From NCBI GenBank assembly GCA_012521815.1, contig JAAYLR010000030.1, positions 5,434 to 69,433 on the forward strand: a stretch of DNA of 64,000 bases, in the 5' to 3' direction. The notes below the pieces were generated by a model. It was not told the origin of the DNA. It saw only the letters and a program-made list of their open reading frames with translations, and did not search any database. This DNA comes from Acidobacteriota bacterium. Lineage in GTDB: Bacteria > Acidobacteriota > Thermoanaerobaculia > Multivoradales > JAGPDF01. The translations under genes and the position numbers were made by a program. The first letter of the stretch is position 1. Every line of letters begins with the position of its first letter. Positions 17,701 through 25,824 of the stretch are shown piece by piece.

Positions 17701-20014
17701 GGCCCGGCTCCTCGACGCCGGCGGACGGGTGGTCGCCGCGGGGGACGACCGCCCCGGCGACTGGAACTTCCAGCTCGCGCTGCCGCTCGTGGCCGGCCGG
17801 TACCGGCTGCAGGTCGATCCGGTCGGCGGCGAGCCGGCCCGGAGCCGGGTGGCGATGCGTGCTCTCCCCGAGCGCGAGGAGGGCAGCTGGAATGCCGCCG
17901 GCGAACGACGGGTCACCCTCGGCGAAGAGGCGCTCGTCCTCCCCCTCGCGCTCCCGGCGCGGGCGGAGCTGCTCGCCGTGGCCGCCCGCTCGGAGAGCGC
18001 CGTCGGCCTGCGCCTCGACCGGCGCGACGGCGACGGCTGGCGGGAGGTGGCGGCCGCCGACGGCCCCGGGGCGCTCCTCGCCGTGCCGCTCGGCGAGAAA
18101 GCGCCGCTCCGGCTCCGCCTGCTCGGGCTCGACCGCCGGCCGGCGGCGGTGACCCTCCACGGCTTCGCCGGACCGCTCCGCGAGCTCCGGGAGCGTGATC
18201 TCGCGCGTGGGGTGACGCTGCCGGTACTCGCCGGCTTCTCCCCGCCGCTCGCCGCCGCCACGCTCCGGCTCGAGCGCCCGGGCGCCCTGCGCCTCTCGGG
18301 GCAACCGGCAGCGCTGCTCGCGAGCGGCGAGCCGCTCGCCTCGCTCACCTTCGCCGGCGACCTCCTCGTCGCGACCGGAAACCGCCTCTGGGTCGCCGCG
18401 GCGGGCGGCGGGGCGCCCCGGCTCACCGCCACCCGCGCGACGGCGGGAAGTGAGGGTCTCACCCTGTCCCTCACCCCGGACGGCCGCGCGGCCTGCGATC
18501 TCGCGAACCCCGAAGCGCTGCGCTGGGTGGAGGCGACCGCCCCCGCCGGGACCCTCCTCGTGAACACGGCTCTGGCGGACGGCAGCCGCCGCTGGGATCG
18601 CGCGAGCGCCCCCGGCCGCGCGGGCGCCGCGACGGTCGCCCAGCCCGGCGACCGGACGGCGTTCGTGCGGAGCGAAGGGTCGCTCTCCCCCTCGGTACAG
18701 CTGAAGTCGACACCGCTCGCGCTCGCCCCCGCCGTCGAGCTCGCTGCCGGAGAGAGCCGTCTTCTCGAGCTTCCCGCCGGCGGCGGCCGGGAGCTCCGGC
18801 TCCCGGCCGGGCGGTGGCGCCTCGCGCTCGCCCTCGAACGCGGCGCCGCGCTCGCGCTCGGCGACGCGGCCACCCCGGAGGCGCTCGTCCGCGCCGAGGA
18901 AGAGCACCACGCCGAAAGCCTCCTGACGTCGGCCCGGCGGGCGCTCGCGCTCAACCCGACCGGCGCGGCGCGCCAGCTCCGGATCGCCCTCGAACCCCTC
19001 CTCCCCGGCGAGGAGACCGCCGCCCGCCTCGGGCCCGACGGGCGGCTGGAGCTCCTCGCCCCCGGCGCCGGCACCCTCCGCCTCGACCTCCCCCCGGCGA
19101 GCTGCCCGGTCACCCGGCTGCGCGTCGCCGGCGCCACGGCGCTCCTCGTCGCCGCCGACGGCAGCCTCCAGCACGGCCCCGAGCTGCGCTGGCCCGCGGT
19201 GGGCGGCACGCTCCGGCTCCGGCACGACGCCGGCCCGGTGGCCCTCTGGCCCGCCGCCGGCGACCCCGCCGCGCTCGGCTTCTCCCCGGCGCCTGCCGCC
19301 ACCCCGCTCGCCTCCCGGACGCGTCTCGCGGGGGGTGCCGAACAGCGGCTCACGCTGCCCACCGGAGCCCCCGCGCTCCTCGCGCTCCACGGCCCGGCAC
19401 CGCTCTTCGCCGCCCTCGTGACCGCCGACGGCATGGTGGGCTGGGCCGGCCTCCTCGCGCCGGGCACGGCCGCCGTCCTGCCGGTGCCGGACGGCGGCGG
19501 CGAGCTCCGCCTCCGGGGGCTCGCCGGCGCGCCGCTGCCGGCGGGGGTCGAGATCGCCCTCGCCCCGGTGACGCCGCTCGGCGACGGCCTCGGCGAGGAG
19601 CGGCTCCTCGCCCCCGGCGAGGCGCACGGCTACACCTTCACCCTGGAGACGGCCCGCCGCGTCGGGCTCGGGGTGCGGAGCGACAGCGGCCGGGTGGAGG
19701 GCACGCTCTTCGCCGCCGACGGCCGCACGCTCGCCGCGGGCGGCCTCCTCTGGGAGGAGCTGCCGGCCGGCCGCTACCTCTTCGCGCTCCAGCTCTCCCC
19801 GGCCGCCCCCGCCGCCCTCGCCGCGCCGGTGGCCGTGGGGCTCACCCCCGCCGGGCTCGCCCCGCCGCCGGCCGCCGAGCTTGCCCGGCTGCGCGAGCTC
19901 GCCGCCGCGCCCGACCCGCCGCCCCCCGGGGCGATCGCCGGCGAGATCGCCTGGCCCCTGACCGGCATCCCGAGCGAGTCCGACGAACCGACCTCCGAGG
20001 AGAGCGACCGATGA
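14789..20014 (+). CDS. giant secreted repeat protein (1741 aa) of unknown function, first gene of the A2M-PBP1C operon
   Basis: GGAGG SD plus the ATG at 14789. Signal peptide MRANCQSSAGRTLSGLGGILLLSLLPGLATGAGA. There are at least eight [PA]GxYx[LV]-type ~100-aa modules (PGRYRLSA, PGSWELTT, AGLYTFES, EGEYQLQV, PGRYEVEA, AGSYLLES, AGRYRLQV, AGRYLFAL). No thioester or catalytic motif. The stop overlaps the next start (ATGA at 20011-20014). Confidence 0.7.
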   Translation: MRANCQSSAGRTLSGLGGILLLSLLPGLATGAGAAPPEVLPGRVPAAGEQAVTVRVAALGRYALAVESLQGVALTHVDRLAGEVATAGEAGEADGRLDLFLEPGEIRVRTRGPELGRGEARLTLTPFRELHGNALPHLTATAQLSTELGDHEQRSWWVEAVAGEPLLAEAAGRHLADLRLWQGGDWLLPALPVCEPIEPVAGRPLTRCRLQAELPPGRYRLSAYGGPGLAWARAGGERPLHLRLGTSRRAEAGRERLTIGPFGSERFVLPGSTTFARIELPAPGRATLRFGDYEPDAPFAAPWRTAEIDEETLAPVVELRRRETDGEALLEIEGIPGQELVCEHLRVARKAPVTGAGPHWVGSVHAGTAADAIDATGLLVLEVPDGAPRLLAARTVELGGDGVWHRRFQLDDTATLFLHVAEPGSWELTTAGVAVEARIEPFLLSPPANYRPPALRETPLSWELDRGYWVLTLRPVRRGIVTAALHPAGTPVPAAFTAPLPAVRLGAVDLDPESAYTLWLNEQPDVAVGPVARPLPLDLAAPLPLALRPGEEIELPVLVPAPGHLRAVVEDGSAWELSLDGAPWTLEPGVSPGTGALRVRSTSAASLSASLALVPDAVAGAPATALAAPPPLLAESLSLTLARHEGRSFRLPVTRAGLYTFESTGLLATAGSLRGRVLAPFAFGMENGTGRNFRLAAWLPEGEYQLQVESLGESAGPAGLRWRRGELRDGGELLPAVSARAELGAGEGIVWRFDVPEPGRYEVEARRAGRPAPFRLEDPEGFPVGEALAEGMAEVRLTPGSHRLLVLGDDAAGPLVVRLERHDEPAAATGHGPHPLPLGVTREHLWREPEGEASEASERPPDRWRFTLPAPAEVILTLDPEMTGTLLRPGAAADEPLPAARPLSLRLAAGEHELRLRAGTPDDLRPYELRIDPVPLLAGLERELTAPGEVEVAVGAAGSYLLESRGEADLRARLLDAGGRVVAAGDDRPGDWNFQLALPLVAGRYRLQVDPVGGEPARSRVAMRALPEREEGSWNAAGERRVTLGEEALVLPLALPARAELLAVAARSESAVGLRLDRRDGDGWREVAAADGPGALLAVPLGEKAPLRLRLLGLDRRPAAVTLHGFAGPLRELRERDLARGVTLPVLAGFSPPLAAATLRLERPGALRLSGQPAALLASGEPLASLTFAGDLLVATGNRLWVAAAGGGAPRLTATRATAGSEGLTLSLTPDGRAACDLANPEALRWVEATAPAGTLLVNTALADGSRRWDRASAPGRAGAATVAQPGDRTAFVRSEGSLSPSVQLKSTPLALAPAVELAAGESRLLELPAGGGRELRLPAGRWRLALALERGAALALGDAATPEALVRAEEEHHAESLLTSARRALALNPTGAARQLRIALEPLLPGEETAARLGPDGRLELLAPGAGTLRLDLPPASCPVTRLRVAGATALLVAADGSLQHGPELRWPAVGGTLRLRHDAGPVALWPAAGDPAALGFSPAPAATPLASRTRLAGGAEQRLTLPTGAPALLALHGPAPLFAALVTADGMVGWAGLLAPGTAAVLPVPDGGGELRLRGLAGAPLPAGVEIALAPVTPLGDGLGEERLLAPGEAHGYTFTLETARRVGLGVRSDSGRVEGTLFAADGRTLAAGGLLWEELPAGRYLFALQLSPAAPAALAAPVAVGLTPAGLAPPPAAELARLRELAAAPDPPPPGAIAGEIAWPLTGIPSESDEPTSEESDR

Positions 20015-23000
20015 TCCCTGCCGCCACCCGCCGCGCCCTCCCCCTGCTGCTGCTCCTCCTCGCACCGGCCGCGCTCGGGGCCGTGGCGGCGCGCGCCGCC
20101 GACCAGCCGCCGCCGCCCGCGCGTCCGGCCGCCGCCCGCGACGGGGTGACGCTCGTCCCCGACCGCTTCCTCCGCCGCTGGGATCCGGTGACCCTCTTCT
20201 TCCCCACCGTGCAGGGGCCCGAGCGGGGGGGGCCGGAGGCGCACCCGGAGCGCTTCGTCACGATCACCCCCGAACAGCCCGGCGCCTTCACCTGGCTCGA
20301 CGGGCGGACGCTCCAGTTCCAGCCGGCCACCCCCTGGCCGGCGCTCGCCGAGGTGACGGTGCGGGCGGGCGAGCGGCGCTTCCCGCTCGCCGTCCTCCTC
20401 TCCGCGCCGGTGGCGAGCCACCCGGCCGACGGCGCCGAGGGGCTCGCGCGGCTCGACGAGATCACGCTCACCTTCTCCGATCCGGTCGACCCCGCGGCGC
20501 TCGCCCGGGCGGTCACGGTCGAGATCGCCCCGCTGCCCGGCGCCGGGAGCGAGGGCGCCCGGCGCCTCGCCCCCGGGGAGGTCACGGTCAAGCCGCTCCC
20601 GCCCGACCCGGAGGGGAACCACCGGTATGCGCTCCGCCTCCCCGGCCCGGTGCCGGGCGGACACCGCCTCCACCTGCGGCTGGGGCTCTCCCCCGCGGCC
20701 GGCGAGCCCGGCCTCGCCGCCGAGCTCGGCTTCGCCACCGCCATCCCGTTCCGCGCCCTCGCCTTCGGCTGCCGGAGCCGCCAGCTCCCGGTGCTGCCCG
20801 CGGGCGCCCTCTACCCGGCCGCGCAGGCGCTCGCCTGCGAGGGGGACGACCCGGCGGTGGTCGTCGACTTCTCGGCGCTGCCCCGGACGCTCGGGATCGT
20901 CGAGGCGAAGAACCTCGTCCGCCTCTCCCCGCCGGTCGCCGACCTGACCGCCACCCTCTCCGGCCGCCGCCTCGAGCTGCGCGGCGCCTTCACGCGGGAG
21001 AGCGCCTACCGGGTCCGGCTCGTCCCGTCGCCGCTCTCCGACGAGGAGGGCCGGCCGCTCGACCTCGGCGGGGCCAACGAGCTGACCCTCGCCTTCTCCC
21101 GCCCGAGCCCGTACCTGCGGCTGGCCGCCAGCACCGGGATCGCCGAACGGCGCGGGCCGCAGATGATCCCGCTCACCGGGCGCGGGGAAGAGCGGATCGA
21201 CCTCCGGATCCACCGGATCGACCCGCTCGACCGCGCCTTCTGGCCGTTCCCCACGACCCCGGTCGCGGTGGACGAGGGGCAGCGCCCCCCCGGCCCCGGC
21301 GAGCGCCCGGAGCCGTGGACGCAGCCGCAGAGCGGGCCGGAGGCCGCGGAGATCGCGGCCCGGATCGTCGCGCTCGGCTCCCCGGCGCTCTCCGCCCTCG
21401 TCGACCTGCCGCTCCGGCGCGACGGCGGCTCGGCGAGCTTCGGGCTCGACCTGCAGCCGCACCTCGCCCGGATCGCCGGCGAAGGGGCCCCGGGGACCTA
21501 TCTCGTGGGCCTCCGGCGCCTCGGCGGCGGCGCGGAGCGGCACTACCTCCGGCTCCAGGTCTCCGACCTCGCGCTCACGACGCTCGAAGAGGCGCGGCGG
21601 ACCGTCTTCCTCGTCACCTCGCTCGCCGACGCCCGCCCGGTCGCCGGCGCCGAGGTGCGGGTGGAGGGGGTGCGCTGGGCGGGCGGCCGTCCGAGCTGGA
21701 TCGACCTCTTCCGCGGCCGCACCGACGGCACCGGCCGCGTCGCCTGGGACGCCCCCGGCTCTCCCGGCCGGGCGCATCAGCAGGTGGCGCGGATCGTGGT
21801 GGCGGCGGGCGACGACCGGCTGGTGCTCGACCCGCAGCACCCCGCCGAGGCGTACCGCGACGGACGGTGGCAGGCCGACGACGGCGGCTGGCTCCAGTGG
21901 ACGCAGGAGCCCCTCGAGTGGCGCGGCGAGGAGGTCGAGCGGCTCGCCCACCTCTTCACCGAGCGGCCGGTCTACCGCCCCGAGGACCCGGTGCACCTGA
22001 AGGCGTACCTGCGCACCCGCACCGGCGGCCGGCTCGCGCCGCTCGCTACCGAGGGGGTCTTCGTGATCGACGGCCCCGGCGACCTCGTCTGGCGCTACCC
22101 GGTCGAGCCGGCGGAGAACGGCTCCGTCTACCTGCGCTTCGAGGAGCCCGACCTGCCCACCGGCACCTACCGGGCCCGGTTCGAGGCCCTCGACGACCAG
22201 GGACCGGTGCGGGGCACGGTCTCCTTCCGCAAGGAGGCGTACCGCCTCCCCCGTTTCGAGGTGCGGCTCGACGGGCCGGAACGGGTGCCGCTCGACCGCC
22301 CGTTCGATCTCCGGCTGACCGCCACCTACTACGCCGGCGGCCGCGTCGCCGCCCGCCCCGTCGAGTGGCGCGTCACGCAGTTCCCGTACGCCTGGAGCCC
22401 GCCCGGGCGCCCCGGCTTCCACTTCTCCTCCGACGCCCGCTTCTCCGGCGAGAGCCGCTTCGAGGCGACCCCGGCGTTCGCCCGCGCCGACCTGACCGAC
22501 GAGGACGGCGGCGCCCGGCTCCGGCTCGACCCGGCGCTCGAGCCGACCGCCCAGCCGCGCACCTACGTGGTCGAGGCCACGGTGGTCGACGTCGACGAGC
22601 AGACGGTGAGCGCCACCCGGCAGGTGGTCGCGCTCCCGCCCCTCCTGCTTGGCCTGCGCGTGCCCCGGTATCTGGAGGAGGCCGGCGCGCTGCGCCCCGA
22701 GGTGCTCGTGCTCGGCCCCGACGCCGAGCCGCTCGCCGGCCAGCCGGTCACGGTACGGCTCCGCCAGCGCCGCTGGCACTCCCACCTGCGCGCCTCGGAC
22801 TTCACCGACGGCGTGGCCCGCTACGTCACCGAGATGGTCGAGGAGAACCTCGCCGAGCAGCGGGTGACGAGCGGGACCGAGCCGGTCACCGCCGGCTTCA
22901 CCCTCCCCGAGGCCGGGGTCTACGTCGTCGAGCTCGAGGCGCGCGACCGCCTCGGCCGCACCCAGCGGGTGGCGGTCGACCTCTTCGCGGGCGGCGGCGA

Positions 23001-25824
23001 GCCGGTCGCCTGGCCGCGGCCGGCGACGCCGGTCTTCCACGTCACCCCCGACCGCACCCGCTACCGCCCCGGCGACACCGCCCGGCTCGTCCTCCAGAGC
23101 CCGTTCCAGAGCGGCGAGGCGCTGGCGATCGTCGAGGCGCCCGACGGCGTCCGGTACGAATGGCTCCCGGTGCGCAACGGCCAGGCCGTCCTCTCGCTGC
23201 CCGTCGCGGGGAGCTGGACCCCGAAGATCCCGGTCCACTTCCTCCTCCTGCGGGGCCGCCTCGCGGGGACCCGGCCGCTCCCCGGCAACGCCACCGACCC
23301 CGGCCGCCCCGCCACCTTCGGGGCGACCGTCTGGCTGGAGGTCGAGCCGCGCGCCCACCGCCTCGACGTCGCGCTCGCGCACCCGACACGCGCCCGGCCC
23401 GGGGAGGAGATCGAGATCGAGGTCCGCCTCGCCGATCCCGACGGTCACCCGGCCGCCGGCGAGGTCACCCTCTGGCTCGTCGATCAGGCGGTTCTCGCGC
23501 TCGGGCGCGAGCAGCGGCTCGATCCGGTGCCGAGCTTCCTCGGCCAGCCGCGCTCCCGGTGGAGCGCCCGCGACACCCGCGCGCTCGTCTTCGGCTTCCT
23601 CCCGTTCACCGGCCAGCCCGGCGGCGACGAGGGGGAGGAGGCGGGCTCGCTGCTCGACCGGCAGACGGTGCGACGCAACTTCCAGCCGGTGCCGTTCTAC
23701 GAGCCGGCGCTCGCGGTCGGCCCCTCCGGTGTCGCCCGCGTGCGTCTGACGCTCCCCGACGACCTGACGAACTTCATGGTGCGCGCCAAGGCGGTCTCCG
23801 GCGCCGCGCGGTTCGGCTGGGCCACCGGCCGGATCGAGGTCCGCCTGCCGGTCCTCGTCCAGCCGGCGCTGCCGCGCTTCGTGCGCCCCGGCGACCGTTT
23901 CGTCGCCGGCGCGGTCGGCCGGGTGCTCGACGGCACCAGCGGGGCCGGCACCGCCGAGGCCAGGGTGGCGGGCGTCACCCTCGACGGCCCCGCGAAGCAG
24001 GCGCTCGCCTGGGAGAGCGATCGCCCCGCGCTTGCGAGCTTCCCGCTGAGCGTCCCGCCGGACGCGACCGGCGAGGCGCGGATCCGGATCGGCGCCGAGC
24101 GACGCGCCGACGGCGCCGGCGACGCCTTCGAGCTCACGCTGCCGATCCGCCCCGACCGGGAGCGCGAGCTCACCCGGGAGCTCACCCGGCTCGCCCCCGG
24201 CGGTGCGCTCCGCCTGCCGGCGCCCGCCGGCGCGGTGCGCCCGGGGAGCCTGCAGCGGCGCCTCCTGCTCACGACCGAGGCGCGGGTGGCGGCGCTCGCC
24301 ACCGGCCTCGACTTCCTCCTCGACTACCCGCACGGCTGCACCGAGCAGCGCCTCGCCGCCGCCCGCGCCCAGCTCGCGCTCGCGCGCTTCCGCGAGCTGC
24401 TCGGACGCGAGGAGGGCGCGGCGCGGCTCGCTCGCGCGGTGCGCGACACCCTCGACTGGCTGCCGCTCGTCCAGCAGCCGAGCGGGCTGTTCGCCGGCTG
24501 GCCCGGCGGCACCGGCTCGGTGACCCTCACTGCCTGGACGGTCGAGTTCCTCGCCGAGGCGGCCGAGGCCGGGCACGCGGTCGAACCCGGGGTGCGCGAC
24601 GCCGCCCTCCGGGCGCTCGCCCAGGCGCTCCGCTCCGACTACTCGGAGCTGCTCGCCGGCGAGGAGTGGGCCGAGCGGACGGCGGCACTCCGCGCCCTCG
24701 CCCGCGCCGGACGGTTCGATCCGGCGTACGGCAACGAGCTCGCCCGCCGCGCCCAGTTCCTCGACCTCGAGGGGCGCGCCAACGTCCTCGCCGCCTTCGA
24801 GCGCGGCGGCGCGGCGACGGCTCCGGCCGTGAGCCCGCTCGCCGACTCGCTCTGGGAGGGGATCGGCGTCCGGCTCCATCAGGGAGAGGAGCTCTTCGGC
24901 GGCCTCACCGGCGACGAGCGGACGCGCGATCCCCGGCTCCTCCCCTCCGAGACACGGACGATGGCGCAGATGCTCCGCGCCCTCCGCCCGCTGCCGCGGG
25001 AGGGGGAGCGGGAGCGGCGCTTCACGCTGCTCGCCGACGCCCTCGTGGCGCGCGGGCGCGGCGACGGCTGGGGGAGCACGAACGCGAACGCGGCGGCGAT
25101 CCTCGCCCTCTCCGAGCTGCTCGCCGAAGGCGGCGACGGCCCCGCGGTGCGCGCCGAGCTGCGGCATGCCGGGCGCCACGAGCCGCTCACCGTGGACGGC
25201 CGCGCGCCCGCCGTGCACTGGCGTTCGGCGGCGGCGGGCGAGGTCATGGTCGAGCTTCCGGCGACGGCCGCGGCCCCGCTCTCCGCGGTGAGCGAGGCCT
25301 CCTGGATCCCGGCCGCCTCCGGCGCGGAGGCCGCGGCCCGGCAGGCGGGGTTCGTCCTCCGCCGCACGCTCGAGATCGAGCGGCACGGAGCCCCTGCCGA
25401 GGCGCCGCCGGAGCGGGTGACGATCGACCGTCCGGGAAGCGAGGTCGCGCTCGTGCAGGGCGAGATCGTCGAGGAGCGGATCCAGATCGTGAACCCGGAG
25501 GACCGGCACTTCGTCGCGGTCGTCGTGCCGCTCGCCGCCGGCTTCGAGCCGCTCAACCCGGCGCTCGAGACCGCGCCGCCGGAGGCCCGCCCGCGCGGCC
25601 GCGACACCCTCGAGCCGACCTACGCCTTCTTCCTCGACGACCAGGCGGCGTTCTACTTCGATGCGCTGCCGAAGGGGACGTACGACCTCTTCTTCCGCGT
25701 CCGCGCCCAGATCCCCGGCCGCTTCGTGCAGCCGCCGGCGAAGGTCGAGATGATGTACGACGCGAGCGTCGCGGGCACGAGCGCCGGCGCGACGATCGAG
25801 ATCGCGCCCCGGCCCGAGCGGTGA
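20011..25824 (+). CDS. yfhM: bacterial alpha-2-macroglobulin family protein (thioester-containing, YfhM/ECAM-like)
   Basis: 1937 aa with signal peptide. Thioester motif YPHGCTEQ at about 24337-24348. Multi-domain MG-like N-terminus. Followed by a pbpC homolog with a GTGA start/stop overlap. Confidence 0.85.
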   Translation: MIPAATRRALPLLLLLLAPAALGAVAARAADQPPPPARPAAARDGVTLVPDRFLRRWDPVTLFFPTVQGPERGGPEAHPERFVTITPEQPGAFTWLDGRTLQFQPATPWPALAEVTVRAGERRFPLAVLLSAPVASHPADGAEGLARLDEITLTFSDPVDPAALARAVTVEIAPLPGAGSEGARRLAPGEVTVKPLPPDPEGNHRYALRLPGPVPGGHRLHLRLGLSPAAGEPGLAAELGFATAIPFRALAFGCRSRQLPVLPAGALYPAAQALACEGDDPAVVVDFSALPRTLGIVEAKNLVRLSPPVADLTATLSGRRLELRGAFTRESAYRVRLVPSPLSDEEGRPLDLGGANELTLAFSRPSPYLRLAASTGIAERRGPQMIPLTGRGEERIDLRIHRIDPLDRAFWPFPTTPVAVDEGQRPPGPGERPEPWTQPQSGPEAAEIAARIVALGSPALSALVDLPLRRDGGSASFGLDLQPHLARIAGEGAPGTYLVGLRRLGGGAERHYLRLQVSDLALTTLEEARRTVFLVTSLADARPVAGAEVRVEGVRWAGGRPSWIDLFRGRTDGTGRVAWDAPGSPGRAHQQVARIVVAAGDDRLVLDPQHPAEAYRDGRWQADDGGWLQWTQEPLEWRGEEVERLAHLFTERPVYRPEDPVHLKAYLRTRTGGRLAPLATEGVFVIDGPGDLVWRYPVEPAENGSVYLRFEEPDLPTGTYRARFEALDDQGPVRGTVSFRKEAYRLPRFEVRLDGPERVPLDRPFDLRLTATYYAGGRVAARPVEWRVTQFPYAWSPPGRPGFHFSSDARFSGESRFEATPAFARADLTDEDGGARLRLDPALEPTAQPRTYVVEATVVDVDEQTVSATRQVVALPPLLLGLRVPRYLEEAGALRPEVLVLGPDAEPLAGQPVTVRLRQRRWHSHLRASDFTDGVARYVTEMVEENLAEQRVTSGTEPVTAGFTLPEAGVYVVELEARDRLGRTQRVAVDLFAGGGEPVAWPRPATPVFHVTPDRTRYRPGDTARLVLQSPFQSGEALAIVEAPDGVRYEWLPVRNGQAVLSLPVAGSWTPKIPVHFLLLRGRLAGTRPLPGNATDPGRPATFGATVWLEVEPRAHRLDVALAHPTRARPGEEIEIEVRLADPDGHPAAGEVTLWLVDQAVLALGREQRLDPVPSFLGQPRSRWSARDTRALVFGFLPFTGQPGGDEGEEAGSLLDRQTVRRNFQPVPFYEPALAVGPSGVARVRLTLPDDLTNFMVRAKAVSGAARFGWATGRIEVRLPVLVQPALPRFVRPGDRFVAGAVGRVLDGTSGAGTAEARVAGVTLDGPAKQALAWESDRPALASFPLSVPPDATGEARIRIGAERRADGAGDAFELTLPIRPDRERELTRELTRLAPGGALRLPAPAGAVRPGSLQRRLLLTTEARVAALATGLDFLLDYPHGCTEQRLAAARAQLALARFRELLGREEGAARLARAVRDTLDWLPLVQQPSGLFAGWPGGTGSVTLTAWTVEFLAEAAEAGHAVEPGVRDAALRALAQALRSDYSELLAGEEWAERTAALRALARAGRFDPAYGNELARRAQFLDLEGRANVLAAFERGGAATAPAVSPLADSLWEGIGVRLHQGEELFGGLTGDERTRDPRLLPSETRTMAQMLRALRPLPREGERERRFTLLADALVARGRGDGWGSTNANAAAILALSELLAEGGDGPAVRAELRHAGRHEPLTVDGRAPAVHWRSAAAGEVMVELPATAAAPLSAVSEASWIPAASGAEAAARQAGFVLRRTLEIERHGAPAEAPPERVTIDRPGSEVALVQGEIVEERIQIVNPEDRHFVAVVVPLAAGFEPLNPALETAPPEARPRGRDTLEPTYAFFLDDQAAFYFDALPKGTYDLFFRVRAQIPGRFVQPPAKVEMMYDASVAGTSAGATIEIAPRPER

